Shown piece after piece: positions 38,831-49,981 of a DNA stretch of 64,000 nt. Origin of the DNA: an uncultured Phycisphaerales bacterium (GTDB taxonomy: Bacteria; Planctomycetota; Phycisphaerae; Tepidisphaerales; Tepidisphaeraceae); NCBI GenBank assembly GCA_963758525.1, contig CAVWVQ010000003.1, forward strand, positions 2,368,001 through 2,432,000. The letters are read 5' to 3'. Every line of letters starts with the position of its first letter. Position 1 is the first letter of the stretch. The position numbers and the translations under genes are program-made. The notes under the pieces are model-generated. The model was not told where the DNA came from. It was given only the letters and a program-made list of their open reading frames with translations, and did no database searches.

Positions 38831-40000
38831 TTACAGCGCCGGCACATCAATCCACTTCCGCTCTTTCCAGCTCTGCAATCCCAACTCCGCAAGCTGCACA
38901 CCTTTGGCTCCTTCGCGCAGCGACCAGCGGAAGGGCTCATCGAGCGCCACGTGCCGGAGAAACAGCTCCCACTGGATCTTGAACGCATTGTCGTACTCGG
39001 TGGCGGCGGGAATTTTCTGCCAGCCTTCGTAGAAGTTGATCGGCTGAGCGATGTCGGGATTCCAGACCGGCTTGGGCGTCTCGGAAATGCTCTGAACCCA
39101 CGCTTCGCGCAGGCCGGCAACGCATGTCCCCTTTGTGCCGTCCACCTGGATCGTGAGCAAATCATCGCGGCGAACGCGCGTGCACCAGCTCGAATTGAAC
39201 TGGCAAATCGTCCCGTCCTCGAGTTGGAACATTGCGTATGCCGAGTCGTCCGCGGTGGCTTTATACTTCTTGCCGGATTCCGCGACGCGCTCGGGAAGAT
39301 CGGTGGCTCCGTAGGCGACGACCGATCTGATGGGGCCGAAGAGATTTTCGATGACATATTGCCAGTGACAGAACATGTCGATGATCACGCCGCCGCCGTC
39401 TTCCTTGCGGTAGTTCCAACTGGGGCGCTGGCTGGGCTGATCGGGAATTTCGCCGGTGAAAACCCAGTATCCGAATTCACCGCGAACCGAGAGGATGTTG
39501 CCGAAGAAGCCCTGCTGCCGAAGCATCTGGATTTTCCGCATTCCCGGCAGCCAGAGCTTGTCCTGCACGACGCCATTCTTCAGCTTTGCGCTTTCGCAAA
39601 GTTTGGCCAGGCGGAGCGCTTCGGACGTTTCCACCGCGGTGGGCTTCTCGCAATAAATCGCCTTGCCCGCTTTCACGGCCTTCTCGACGAAGCCAGCCCG
39701 CTGCAGCGTTCCCGACGCGTCGAAGAAGATCTGATAGCTCTTGTCGCCCAGCGGAGCGTTCAAGTCCGTCGTGTATTTGAGCGGCTTGCCGATCACGGCG
39801 GGGCCGTGCGCTTCGGCGAGCGCCTTGAGCTTCTCCTCGCTGCGGCCGGTGAGAATCGGATCTGGCATCAGGCGGAGGTTATCGTTCACCTTGATCCCGC
39901 CCTGCTTCATAATGGCGACGATTGAACGAATGAGATGCTGGTTGGTGCCCATGCGCCCGGTGACGCCATTGAGAATGATGCCGATGCTGCGCGTTTCCAT
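38831..40000 (-). CDS. Gfo/Idh/MocA-family oxidoreductase
   Basis: [31 protein letters not shown]. Confidence 0.93.
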   Translation of the reverse strand: METRSIGIILNGVTGRMGTNQHLIRSIVAIMKQGGIKVNDNLRLMPDPILTGRSEEKLKALAEAHGPAVIGKPLKYTTDLNAPLGDKSYQIFFDASGTLQRAGFVEKAVKAGKAIYCEKPTAVETSEALRLAKLCESAKLKNGVVQDKLWLPGMRKIQMLRQQGFFGNILSVRGEFGYWVFTGEIPDQPSQRPSWNYRKEDGGGVIIDMFCHWQYVIENLFGPIRSVVAYGATDLPERVAESGKKYKATADDSAYAMFQLEDGTICQFNSSWCTRVRRDDLLTIQVDGTKGTCVAGLREAWVQSISETPKPVWNPDIAQPINFYEGWQKIPAATEYDNAFKIQWELFLRHVALDEPFRWSLREGAKGVQLAELGLQSWKERKWIDVPAL

Positions 40001-40030
40001 CTAAGCCTTCTTCCTTTTGATCGGTGAATG

Positions 40031-40675
40031 TTATTTCTGCGCCGGCCGAGTTTGCTCCGCGAGCTGAACAGCCTTGCGGGTGATCTCGGCAATTTGCTTG
40101 AACTGCTTGCCGGCAAGCAGTTCCTTGGTGACCATCCAGCTTCCGCCGCACGCCACGACCTTGGAGAACTGGAGATACTCCGCGAGATTCGCCAGCGTGA
40201 TTCCCCCGGTGGGAATGAATTGCATCATCCCGTACGGCGCGGCAATCGCCTTGAGCGTCTTGATTCCGCCCATCGCTTCGGCCGGGAAAAACTTCACCAC
40301 GGTCAGGCCATGATCCAGCGCCATCTCGATGTCCGTCGGATTCGACGTGCCGGGCGTGATGGGAATCTTCTGCTCGACGCAATAGCTCACAACCTTGGGA
40401 TTGAACCCCGGCGAGACGATGAATTTGGCGCCCGCGTCGACCGCCCGCTTCACAGTGTCAACATTGAGCACGGTCCCGGCGCCGACAAGCAGCGTTGGCT
40501 GGCGCGCCATCGTGCGGATCGAATCGGCGGCTGCCGCGGTACGAAATGTCACCTCGGCGCAGGGGAGTCCGCCTTCGATCAACGCTTCGCCAAGAGCGGC
40601 GGCATCGCCGGCGTCTTCAATCGCGATCACGGGAATGATTTTCAACTGCCCGAGCCGCTGAATTAAGTCGTTCAT
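40031..40675 (-). CDS. eda: KDPG/KHG aldolase
   Basis: EVTFRT, VGAGTV, FIVSPG, VKFFPAE, PTGGI. Confidence 0.95.
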   Translation of the reverse strand: MNDLIQRLGQLKIIPVIAIEDAGDAAALGEALIEGGLPCAEVTFRTAAAADSIRTMARQPTLLVGAGTVLNVDTVKRAVDAGAKFIVSPGFNPKVVSYCVEQKIPITPGTSNPTDIEMALDHGLTVVKFFPAEAMGGIKTLKAIAAPYGMMQFIPTGGITLANLAEYLQFSKVVACGGSWMVTKELLAGKQFKQIAEITRKAVQLAEQTRPAQK

Positions 40676-40694
40676 GGGAACCTCCGTCGAAACC

Positions 40695-41489
40695 CTAAAG
40701 TCGTGGAAGTGTCAGCCCGCCATCGATCATCAGAACCTGCCCGGTGGCATACGACAACTCGCCCTTTGCAAGAACGCTTACCGCTCGGCCGACGTCTTGC
40801 GGCGTGCCCCACCGCCGTTCCACGGTCAGCCCGCCGGCGATTAATGCGTCGTACTTTTCCTTCACGCCCGAGGTCATGTCGGTGGCGATCACGCCAGGGC
40901 GCACTTCATAGACGTCGATCCCAAACTCCGCCAGCCGAGCCGCCCAGAGACTGGTTGCCATCGCGATACCAGCTTTGCTGATGCAGTAGTCGCCGCGGTT
41001 GACTGATGCGACCGTCGCGCTGACCGACGAAACATTGACGATGCAGCCGCGAAAAGTCGAGTTGTCTTTTTTCTGCTGCACCATCCAACGGGCGACGGCC
41101 TGTGTCAGAAAATACGGCCCGCGCAGATTGATGGAAATCAGTCGATCGAAGCTCTCGGGAGCCGCATCGAGAATATCGGCACGAACGTCGGGCGCAACGC
41201 CCGCGTTGTTCACCAGGACATCAAGCCGGCCAAAACGCTCGCGAACGAAATCGAGCAGCCGGGTGTGATCCTTCGTGTCAGCGACATCGGCGCGGCAATA
41301 GGCCGCCTCGGCGCCGGCTGCGCTCAATTTCGCGATGACGTCACCCACGTCGGCTGCATTGCGCCGGCCATTGATCACCACATTGAATCCCGCCGCCGCC
41401 AGCGCGCTTGCCACGCCCAAGCCAATTCCCCGGCTGCCGCCGGTCACGATGGCTGCTTTACGGATGTGTTGTGATGTGGCATCGGCCAT
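40695..41489 (-). CDS. Short-chain dehydrogenase/reductase
   Basis: TGGSRGIG, NNAG, YCISK; the ORF track fuses it to the upstream gene because of a frameshift. Confidence 0.92.
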   Translation of the reverse strand: MADATSQHIRKAAIVTGGSRGIGLGVASALAAAGFNVVINGRRNAADVGDVIAKLSAAGAEAAYCRADVADTKDHTRLLDFVRERFGRLDVLVNNAGVAPDVRADILDAAPESFDRLISINLRGPYFLTQAVARWMVQQKKDNSTFRGCIVNVSSVSATVASVNRGDYCISKAGIAMATSLWAARLAEFGIDVYEVRPGVIATDMTSGVKEKYDALIAGGLTVERRWGTPQDVGRAVSVLAKGELSYATGQVLMIDGGLTLPRL

Positions 41490-41512
41490 GGATCGAATCC
41501 CTTCTTCTTTTC

Positions 41513-42920
41513 TTATGCCTGATCGAAGAAGGTCAAATATTTTCCACCCTCGGCCATGCGTTTGACCAGCAGCGACAATTCGATCATGTGATAATCCCCC
41601 CACAGGCTCGATTCGCCGCAGGGAACCTTCCGGCCCGGCGGAATGTAGTCCCAGCCGTTGGGGCGATGATAGACCGAATGCAGCAGCAGACCCTGGTGCT
41701 CGGGGGATTCTGAGAGATATGCGCGCGCCCAGCAGCGTTTTGGCGACGGTGAGGCCGGCCTGCAGATATTTCGCGCCCTCGGCGCCAAGATAATTTCCCA
41801 GGCGGATCAATCCCTGCGCGGCGATCGCCGCAGCGGAGGAATCGACCGGCTCGTGATCGTTGAACGGGTCGGCCGGGCGACTGCGCCAATCTCCCAGCCG
41901 CCACAGCTCCGGCGCGCCGTCGTCCCAGTAAACCAATCCGTCCGCGGCCGAACATTCATTGATGTAATGGTCGCAGGTGGCCATTGCGGCGCGGGTGTAG
42001 CAATCCTTCACATCGCGGCGCGAAAGCCCGACGGACGACTGAAACGTCGCGTCATCAATGCCCGCGAAAAATTCGAGTTCCTCGGCATACCCGAGCATCG
42101 CCCATGCCAGCCCGCGCGTCCAGGTGCTGAACGGCGAGTATCCCTGCTGCGAAGATCGGCACCGGAAGTTCCCATCGTTGCGATTGAAGATCGCTTCATG
42201 GGCCGTCCGACCGCGCACGTCATACGTATGCGAAGAGTCCCCGTGAAAAACGATGTAACGGCTTGTGCACAGTCCGTGCAGCACCGACCGCTTGAGCAGA
42301 TCGGCCGCGCGATCGTTCTCGTGCATCAGCTTGTGACCAAGCTGCCACGCGCAGCCGAGAATTCGCACTGTGCGAAGGGTGTCGACGAAGAGCGACTGCG
42401 GCCCGTTAAACGAGTAAACGTAGCCAAGGCTCCCGCTGTTTGCCGCGTGCGGCGATTTCTCCGCGACGGGCACGCCTGACCAGCGCGCCGCCTGCACCGC
42501 GCCGCTGGCCTTAATCGCCATGTCATAAAACGCCAGCTCCCATTCGTTTGCCGGGAGCGCTTTCTCGCGCATCAGCCGGCGCAGGTTGCCGTAGGTCGAT
42601 AGATTGTTAAATCCATGATCGTGAACGCCGGTGTGCGTCACATGGGGCGCCATGAAACGCACCGTGTTTCGCCGGCCCATCTCCAGCAGGTCCTGCTCGC
42701 GCGTCGCGTCGAATGCCAGGATGGCACAGCCGTATTGAAACCCTTGCGTCCATTCCGTCCAGCCGCGCGTGGCGTATTGTCCCTCGATCGTGAAAACCGG
42801 CGTCCCCTTGGAAGTGTCCCAGCTTCGCTCCAGCGCCCGGACCTTGGTGGCGGCGAGCTCAAAAAGTCGCGTCAGGGGCTTTTGCAGTTGTGCCGGGGTG
42901 ATCCGCTCGTCTGTTTTCAT
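41513..42920 (-). CDS. GH88-like unsaturated glucuronyl hydrolase (frameshift ~41725)
   Basis: WTEWTQGF, HDHGF, QGYS..STWTRG.AW, YWDD, DSSAAAI, WGDY. Confidence 0.85.
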
Positions 42921-43249
42921 TGATGCCGTGTCGTTTCGATCCTTCAAACCGTGTCTGTTCGCCAATGCGATTCAACGCAGCCGACATCGCAAGCTCGCGG
43001 AAGTGTCTTGGCCATCTCGAAAAGTTCGCTTCGTCCTTCGCCGTTGAATCGACGAGCGCATTATAACGCCCGCGAGCGTCGCGCCTATCAGATTCGGTTA
43101 AACCGTTCGTCCGTGCTTTTGACTCGTGGCAACACGGTCCCCCGTCGCGTTCCCTGCCGAGCCATCGACCGCAAGAGCGCTTCCGGCCACAATGCATCGG
43201 CGCAGCCAACGCGGGGTGGTGCCTTGAGGGGCAATTCACTCACCTCAGC

Positions 43250-43656
43250 GTGATCGGGAGCTACCGCCGAGCCCAAAAGTATTTGAGTGCAATTACTGAG
43301 ACGCGAACTCCAGCGGGGCTTTTCGAGTTCAGCGGCCGTCGTGGCAATCCGTTGGCGCTGCCATATCTCAAGGGATCGAAGCTTTACATCGCGACGGACG
43401 CATACTTCAAGGGGTAGAGTCGGCGATCTTCGACTTTCATATCGCCGGCTATCAGATATGTCAGGTTTGGGTATCGGCCGGCAATCGGAGTGGTATTCAA
43501 CGGAAGGGGAAGCCGATCACGGCGCAGCACGTTGACGACTTTAGAAACGTGCTGTTTGCCATTCGAGAGACAATCAGAATCCGGCGGGAAATCGATGAGA
43601 CGATCGAAAACCACGGGGGATGGCCGCGCGCGTTTGTGAGGGACGGAAAGGCATGA
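43250..43656 (+). pseudogene. C-terminal specificity-domain fragment of a Type ISP (LlaBIII-like) restriction-modification enzyme
   Basis: Manual translation: 'LYIATDAYFKG|VESAIFDFHIAGYQICQVW...RKGKPIT...AIRETIRIRREIDETIENHGGWPRAF'; missed by the ORF track. Confidence 0.7.
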
Positions 43657-43822
43657 CACAGCCAAGCGAGGAGAGCACAGCCCGCTACTTTGTTGACGAG
43701 GCCGACGACCCGACGCTGTTCAGCAGCAAGGGGAGGGTGCTCGTGGGCAGCGACGGATGTACACGCTATTTTCTGCAATTACCTGCTTTGGGCGGTGCAG
43801 CGGTGCTACGAGTACGGGCAGG
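43653..43822 (+). pseudogene. DUF3800-family relic, internally deleted
   Basis: N-terminal 'YFVDEADDPTLF..KGRVLVG.DGCTRYF' followed closely by C-terminal-like 'NYLLWAVQRCYEYG'; ATGA overlap with the upstream relic. Confidence 0.55.
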
Positions 43823-43859
43823 CCGTGAAGGCTGAGAAGGCCGGTACATCGAGCTCGTC

Positions 43860-44041
43860 TGGCCAGACGGGCACAGCCATCATCATCGTGCAGGACGGCA
43901 AACGCCTCCGCGTCACAGCAGAAGAACTGCGCCAGCAAGCGTCAGAATCAGTTGGCAGAAGCGCACATCGACCGGATCGTCCAAACGTATAAGAATCTGC
44001 CGTCAAAGCAGAAGAGACAAGAACCCGATAGCAGATGGTGA
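43860..44041 (+). pseudogene. Possible Type I HsdM C-terminal fragment
   Basis: 'TGTAIII' and 'KRQNQLAEAHIDRIVQTYKN' resemble the HsdM C-terminal helix motif. Confidence 0.35.
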
Positions 44042-44097
44042 ACCTGGCGCTCGAAGCCCCTCGCGGGCGGTTGCCGATCTTGGGTAGACTGGGTTGG

Positions 44098-47000
44098 ATG
44101 GAGCCAACGCCGGATCAGCTTCAGCCGATTCAGGAATTCTATGACCAGGGTCTGATGCTGCGGGCACACGCGGCAGCGCAAACCATCGGGCGCGTGCAGG
44201 AATGGCGAGGAGTCCAGGGGCGCGTGCTGGGGGGGCGGCTGGCGATGAACCTGGGCGCGCCGCGTCTGGGCCGCGTGCTGCACATGCTCGCGTGGCGCGA
44301 GCATCCGCAAGATCCAGCCGCGCAATATTATTATGCCCGGGCGATTTATGAGCGGCGGGGTCCGTTGCCGGCGTGGGAGTTCCTGCTCAAGCAGGGCGAA
44401 CTGCCGCAGGCCGAGCCGGCGCAGCGGGCCGACTGGCTTTCGCTGCATGCACAGATCGCGGGGTTTCTGCGCGATTTTCAGACTGCCGAGCAGTGGCTCG
44501 CCCGCGCCGAGGCGGCCGATCCAAATCATGTCTGGGTTTTCATGGAGCGGTCGGATCTGCTCGAACGGCAGGATCGTTACCAGGACGCTCTGGCGGTCGC
44601 GCGCAACGCGCTTGCCCTGCGGCCCTGGTACCGCCCGGCGGTGCAGCAGGCGGCCAATCTGCTCCAGATGCTCGATCGCGACAGCGACGCGCTGGAACTG
44701 CTTCGCGATGCGTCGACGCACATCGAAAGCGCTCCTGTGGTCATCCAGCTTGCGGCTTTGGAGACGGAACTGCATCTCTATGACGAGGCCCGCAAAAACT
44801 GGGAGCGAGCCGTCGAGCTCTCTGCGCTGCTGGAGAAGGGGCTTGCCAAGTGGCTTGCGGGCCGCAGATCCGACGCGGCCTACTACTGCGGAGATTTTGA
44901 GCAGGCCGCGGCGCTGGCGAAAGAAGCGGGCAACCCGTTTCATGAAAAGATCGCCGAGAAATTGCTCGAAACCAAAGGCCAGGGTCGGCGGGTGGCGCTG
45001 CCGGTGGGGTTCGTCCGCCAGCATCACATGACCTGCGCCCGGCAACGCTCTCCGCGCTGAGCCGGTTCTGGTCGATCGAGGCGGATCATCTGGCGCTGGC
45101 TGAGGCGATCTGCTACGACGGAACTCCGGCGCACAGCGAGCGCCACTGGGCGGAGATGAACGGCTTTGTCGCGCGCGAATTTACCGTCAACTGGGATTCG
45201 GCCAAGGCGCTGATCGACGCGAACATTCCCTTCACCTTCACCACCACGCACGCGACCAGCAGCCATCTGCAGGCCGTGACCGGCTACGACAGCCTTCGCG
45301 GCACGCTGCTCATCCGCGACCCGTTTCAGCGATATTCCGGGGAGTTCGTCGGCGACATCACGTTCGACGTGTTCCGTTCGACGGGTCCCCGCGGGATGGC
45401 GATGCTGCCGCGCGACCGGGCGGCGCAGCTCGAGGCGATCGCGCTGCCGGATCAGGCGTCGTATGACGGGCTCTATGAAGTGCAGCGGGCGCTGGTGGCG
45501 CACGATCGCGCCCGCGCGGCGGCCGCTTGCGAGGCGATGGTGCAATCCGAACCGAACCATCGGCTGACGCTCTGGGCTCGCCGCTCCCTTTCTTCGTACG
45601 ACAGCGACACGTCGCAATCGCTCGTCTGGATCGACGAGCTCCTCAAGCTGTTTCCAACGGATCCCGGACTGCGCCTCGGCAAGCTTTCGTGTCTGCGGGT
45701 GGTGGGCCGTCGGGCGGATCGCCTGCAGTTGCTCGACGCGATCTGCAATGAGAAGCAGGTCGATCCGATCTTCTGGGAGCAATACGCCCGCGAGTTGAAT
45801 GACGACGCCCGCGAACTGCCGCGAGCCCAGCGGTTGCTTCGCCGCGCCCTGCGGTATCGGCGCCGCGAGGCCTCGATCTATCACGCGCTGGGCAACCTGC
45901 GGTGGGAACAACGCCGTTTCGATGAGGCGCTGCAACTGTATCGCTTCGCCTCCTGCATCGACGACAAGGACGAGCGGCTGGCACGCACGTGGTTCATCGC
46001 GTCGCGGCACCTCAAGCAGACGGACATCGTGCTCGCGCAGATGCGCGACCGCTTTCGTCGGTTCGGCCGGCAGTCCAGCCAGCCGGCGCGCACGCTCTTC
46101 TGGGCCTGCGAGCAGATCAATCAGCCGGACGAGGGATACCGTTTGCTGGATGAGGCAATGGCGCTGCGTCCGGACGATGGAGAGCTGCTGGCTTTTGCGG
46201 CGTCGCAACATGCACGACACGGGAAGGTGGATCGCGCGCTCGAGCTTCTCGCGGCCGCCAAGGGCAAGGCGCGGGAGGCAACCTGGCTGCGCACCGCGGC
46301 GGGAATCGCGGCGATTCGCGGGGAAGCGCGCCAAGCTCTGGAGCTCTGGCGGCAAATCGTCTCCGCCGAACCGCTCGCGCTCGACGCCCACCGGCAAATT
46401 GCGATGCTCCTTGCCGAGACCGAGGGGCGGGCGGCGGCGCTGACGCACCTGCGCGCGTTTGCCGCGCGTTTTGAGCACAATTACGCGATGCAGCAACTGC
46501 TGATCGAGTGGCTGCGCGAGGAGGGCGCGGCGGCGGTCGAGCCGGCGGTGCGCAAGCTGATGGAGATTCATTCCGCCGACGCGTGGGCGCGGCGCGAGCT
46601 TGTCGGGCCGCTGCTGAGCCTCGGGCGGTTTGACGAAGCTGCCGCCGAGGCCGAAGAAGCGCTTCGGCTCGATCCCGCCGACCCGGGCTCGCATTATTTT
46701 CACGGACTCGTGCTGGCGCGAACCGGCCGGCTTCCCGAAGCGCGATCGGCATTTCGCCAGGCGATCTCACTTTCGGTGGACGCTGATTACGCCATTTCGC
46801 ATCTCATGTCGTCCTGCGACACACTCGCGCAGCGCAAGGAAGAGCTGGCGTTCCTGAAGCAGGAGCTGCAGCGGCAGACCATTTTTGGCGACGGGCTGCT
46901 GGCCTACCGGAATCATGCCCGCGACACGCTCGATGCCGAGGAGCTTCTCGCATCGCTCCGCGAGGCGTTGGCAGCCCGACCTGATCTGTGGCACGCCTGG

Positions 47001-49081
47001 TCGGCGTTGATCCGTCAGCTGGCGGACATGCGGCAGTCGGAAGAGGCGCACGACATCGCTTTGAAAGCGACCGCACGGTTCCCGCTGTTGCCGCGGCTGT
47101 GGCTCGATCTGGCGGCCGTTTGCAGGGTACGCAACGATCGCGAGGGGGAGATCGCCGCGCTCGGCGAGGCGCTGGAGATCAATCCCGCCTGGGGCGACGC
47201 CGTGCGGCAATTGGCCGATGTGTACGACCGTGCGGGGGAGACCGCCCGCAGTTGCGAATTGCTCGAGCAGGCGACGGTGCGATCTCCGCTGGACTCGACG
47301 ACGCAGGGGCGCTGGCGTCGATGTTGTGGAAGCTGAACCGGCGCGAGGAGGCATTGGAGCGGGCCGCGCGCGCGGTTCGGCAGGACCCGGGCCTGCAATG
47401 GGTTTGGAATGCCATCAGTCGCTGGGCGGCGGAGCTGAAGAAGCCGAACTATGCGATCGATCTGGCGCGGGAGCTGACCGTGAGCCGCGCCGGCGAGGCG
47501 CGATCATGGCTGGTGCTGGCGGGGATGCTCTCGGAGAAGGCGCAGGTTGACGAACGGCTTGCCGCGCTCGACCGCGCCGTCGCGCTCAATCCCCGGCTCA
47601 TTGAAGCGCACGATCAGCGGGCGTGGGTGTTGCACGACGCGCAGCGGAATGAAGAGGCATTGGCTGCGTGCCGGCCGGCAATCTGGGGCGAGACGCCTCC
47701 GATCCGACTGCGCGGACGCGCCGCGTGGATCGCCGCCGAAACCGGCGACATTACCGGCGCCATCACGGCGATGCGCCAGGTGGTCGCCGAGGATCCGCAC
47801 TATTACTGGGGATGGTCTCGTCTGGCGACCTGGTACCGCCAGACCCGCGATTACACGCAGTTTCTCTCGACCGCGCAGACGCTCGTCAGCCAGTGGCCTC
47901 TCGACGCGGTATCGCGCGGATTTCTCGGCCAAGCGCTGCGCTTCACCAAAGACCCCAAGGGCGCCAAAGAGGCCTTTGCCGACGCGCTGCGGCTCGATCC
48001 TGACAACGAATACGCGGCGACATCATTGTTCGACATGGCGATCGACGACGAAGACGTCGCCGAGGCCGCGAAGGCGCTGACGTTTGTTCAGCGGCACGGT
48101 CGCGATGCCGCCACGATTGCGCGCGAATGCCGGCTCGCGACCGCGCGGCGCGATCATCCCGCCGCCCTCAATCTGTTTAGCGAGCTATGCCGCCATGAGC
48201 GGGCAGATCGCGGCCTGCTCGACTGGGTGATCAAACCGCTTGCCCCAATGGCCGGGGAGGGGACGGTCAACCGCACGTTGCGTGCCTTGGCGACCGAACC
48301 GCAAACCCGCCGGGCGGCGGTCGCCCGCCTGCTGATCGATCGGCTGGTTAAAGCCAAACATTTTCGTGAAGGGGAATTGCTTGTGGAAGAGCTTGTTGCG
48401 GTCGGCGGTGACTTCGCTCACGAAGCCGCGCAAGCCTGGCTCAGCGGTCTTGGCACCAGTGTGAATGAAACGCTGCTGAAGCGTTTCGTGCATAAGCACC
48501 GGAAATTCCTTCGCGAAAATGACGTCGATTGGGGCACCGCCGGGTACGCGATGCATTGCGCCCACCGCCATCGCCAGGTGATTTCCTGGATGGCCGACTG
48601 GAAAGAGCGAAAGGGAACGGCCGCGTGGATGCTGGTGAATCTGGCCCAGTCTTATCGGGCACTGAAAGAGGATGCCGAATCGCACGCGATTCATGTTTTT
48701 GCCGAGGCGCTGCCTGCTCCCGGGTTCGAGCAGCCGCGTTCGATTCACCGCCTCTGGCTCGCCGCCGACGCGGCGCGCGACGGGCACCATGACTCTGCCG
48801 CGGCACTATTGGCAAAAGTAAAGATGGACTCGTTGCATCGCGATTACCAATTCTTGCGCAAGGTTGTGGACGCGATGATGATCGCTCTGCGCCCGCCGGC
48901 CCCCGGCAGCTTTGCATCCATCCGGCAAACGCTTGCTGCCGCGCGAAAGATCCATCCGAAATTCGGCAAGGACCGGGAACTGAAGCGCATTTACCTCCAG
49001 GCGCTGAGGACCATTTCCCCGCGCGGCGGCGGATTTGGGGCGCGGTGGTGGTGCTTCTGGCACCGCGTGAGTGTGCAGTAG
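44098..49081 (+). CDS. Large TPR protein with a central C39-like cysteine peptidase domain (~1660 aa; frameshifts ~45038 and ~47308)
   Basis: Many TPRs; 'VGFVRQHHMTC(A)PATLSAL', 'SHLQAVTGYD', 'LLIRDP' give Q/C/H/D. Confidence 0.85.
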
Positions 49082-49180
49082 CACCGGCGGTCGCTACAAT
49101 TGCCGCACGTTGCCTGCGGGCGTCGCAGCACGCCGTCACGAGTTGCACCTGTCACATTGGTGAAGAGCGGAGTCAAGGTT

Positions 49181-49804
49181 ATGAAACGTATGATCGAAGC
49201 ACTGGAATCGCGGACTCTGCTCTCGGGCACAACGTCCGCGACGCTGGCTGGTGACAATTCGCTGATCATCTCGGATGCCGCCGCCGTCAAAGGCGCGATG
49301 AACGAATTGTTCGCCGTGGACCTGGCGAACGACAAGACGATTGCGACTGATCTGGCAAGTGGTCACGCGGCCGGCACCAGCGGAATCGTAGCGTCGATCA
49401 AGGCCGCTCAGACCAAAGCCAAGGCCGCGTTCATGAAGGATATCAACGGCCTGGTCAATCCAGGGCTGGCGCTTGCCAAAAGATCCGGGACCGCCGGCAA
49501 TTCGCTGCTGCTCAGATCGACCAAGCCGAAGATCGCCATGGTTGCGATCGATGCATCCGCCCTTGGAAAAGTTGCGATCAAACCGCTGGCCAAAATCCAG
49601 GCGCAACTGGCCAACACGAAGATCTTCACGGATCTGGAGGCGTTGCGGACTCTCAACTCCGGCAACACGACGGTCTCCGCCGCCATCACCGTGGCGGAGC
49701 AGGGCGAGGATGCTCAGGCAGCCAACGTCACCGCCGCCGCCATGAAATTCCAGACCGACTTAAACACGCTCAGCACGCATTTGGTGAATATCTTCTCGGG
49801 TTGA
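49181..49804 (+). CDS. Planctomycete extracellular protein with LEPR-XLL N-terminal motif
   Basis: MKRMIEALESRTLLS followed by an Ala/Lys-rich helical region. Confidence 0.8.
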   Translation: MKRMIEALESRTLLSGTTSATLAGDNSLIISDAAAVKGAMNELFAVDLANDKTIATDLASGHAAGTSGIVASIKAAQTKAKAAFMKDINGLVNPGLALAKRSGTAGNSLLLRSTKPKIAMVAIDASALGKVAIKPLAKIQAQLANTKIFTDLEALRTLNSGNTTVSAAITVAEQGEDAQAANVTAAAMKFQTDLNTLSTHLVNIFSG

Positions 49805-49981
49805 TCCGCGAGCGACGGCCCTGCTGAACGCGCCTCGCGAGCGAGGCGGCTAAAGGCATAAGGCCGCTCTGCTGACACAAGGACATTCGGGATCCGATAA
49901 CGTGGGAAAATCTTCCCGGGACCTATCTTCGGCTGGTTCCGGGACGATATTCGTTGGGTGAACTGCGGTCCGTTGACAGCG

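Noticed and set aside
40695..42965. 756-aa GH88-SDR fusion in the ORF track
   Set aside because: A frameshift at ~41725 diverts the GH88 frame. The true GH88 end (WGDY…FFDQA*) is in another frame, and the SDR has its own start at 41489.
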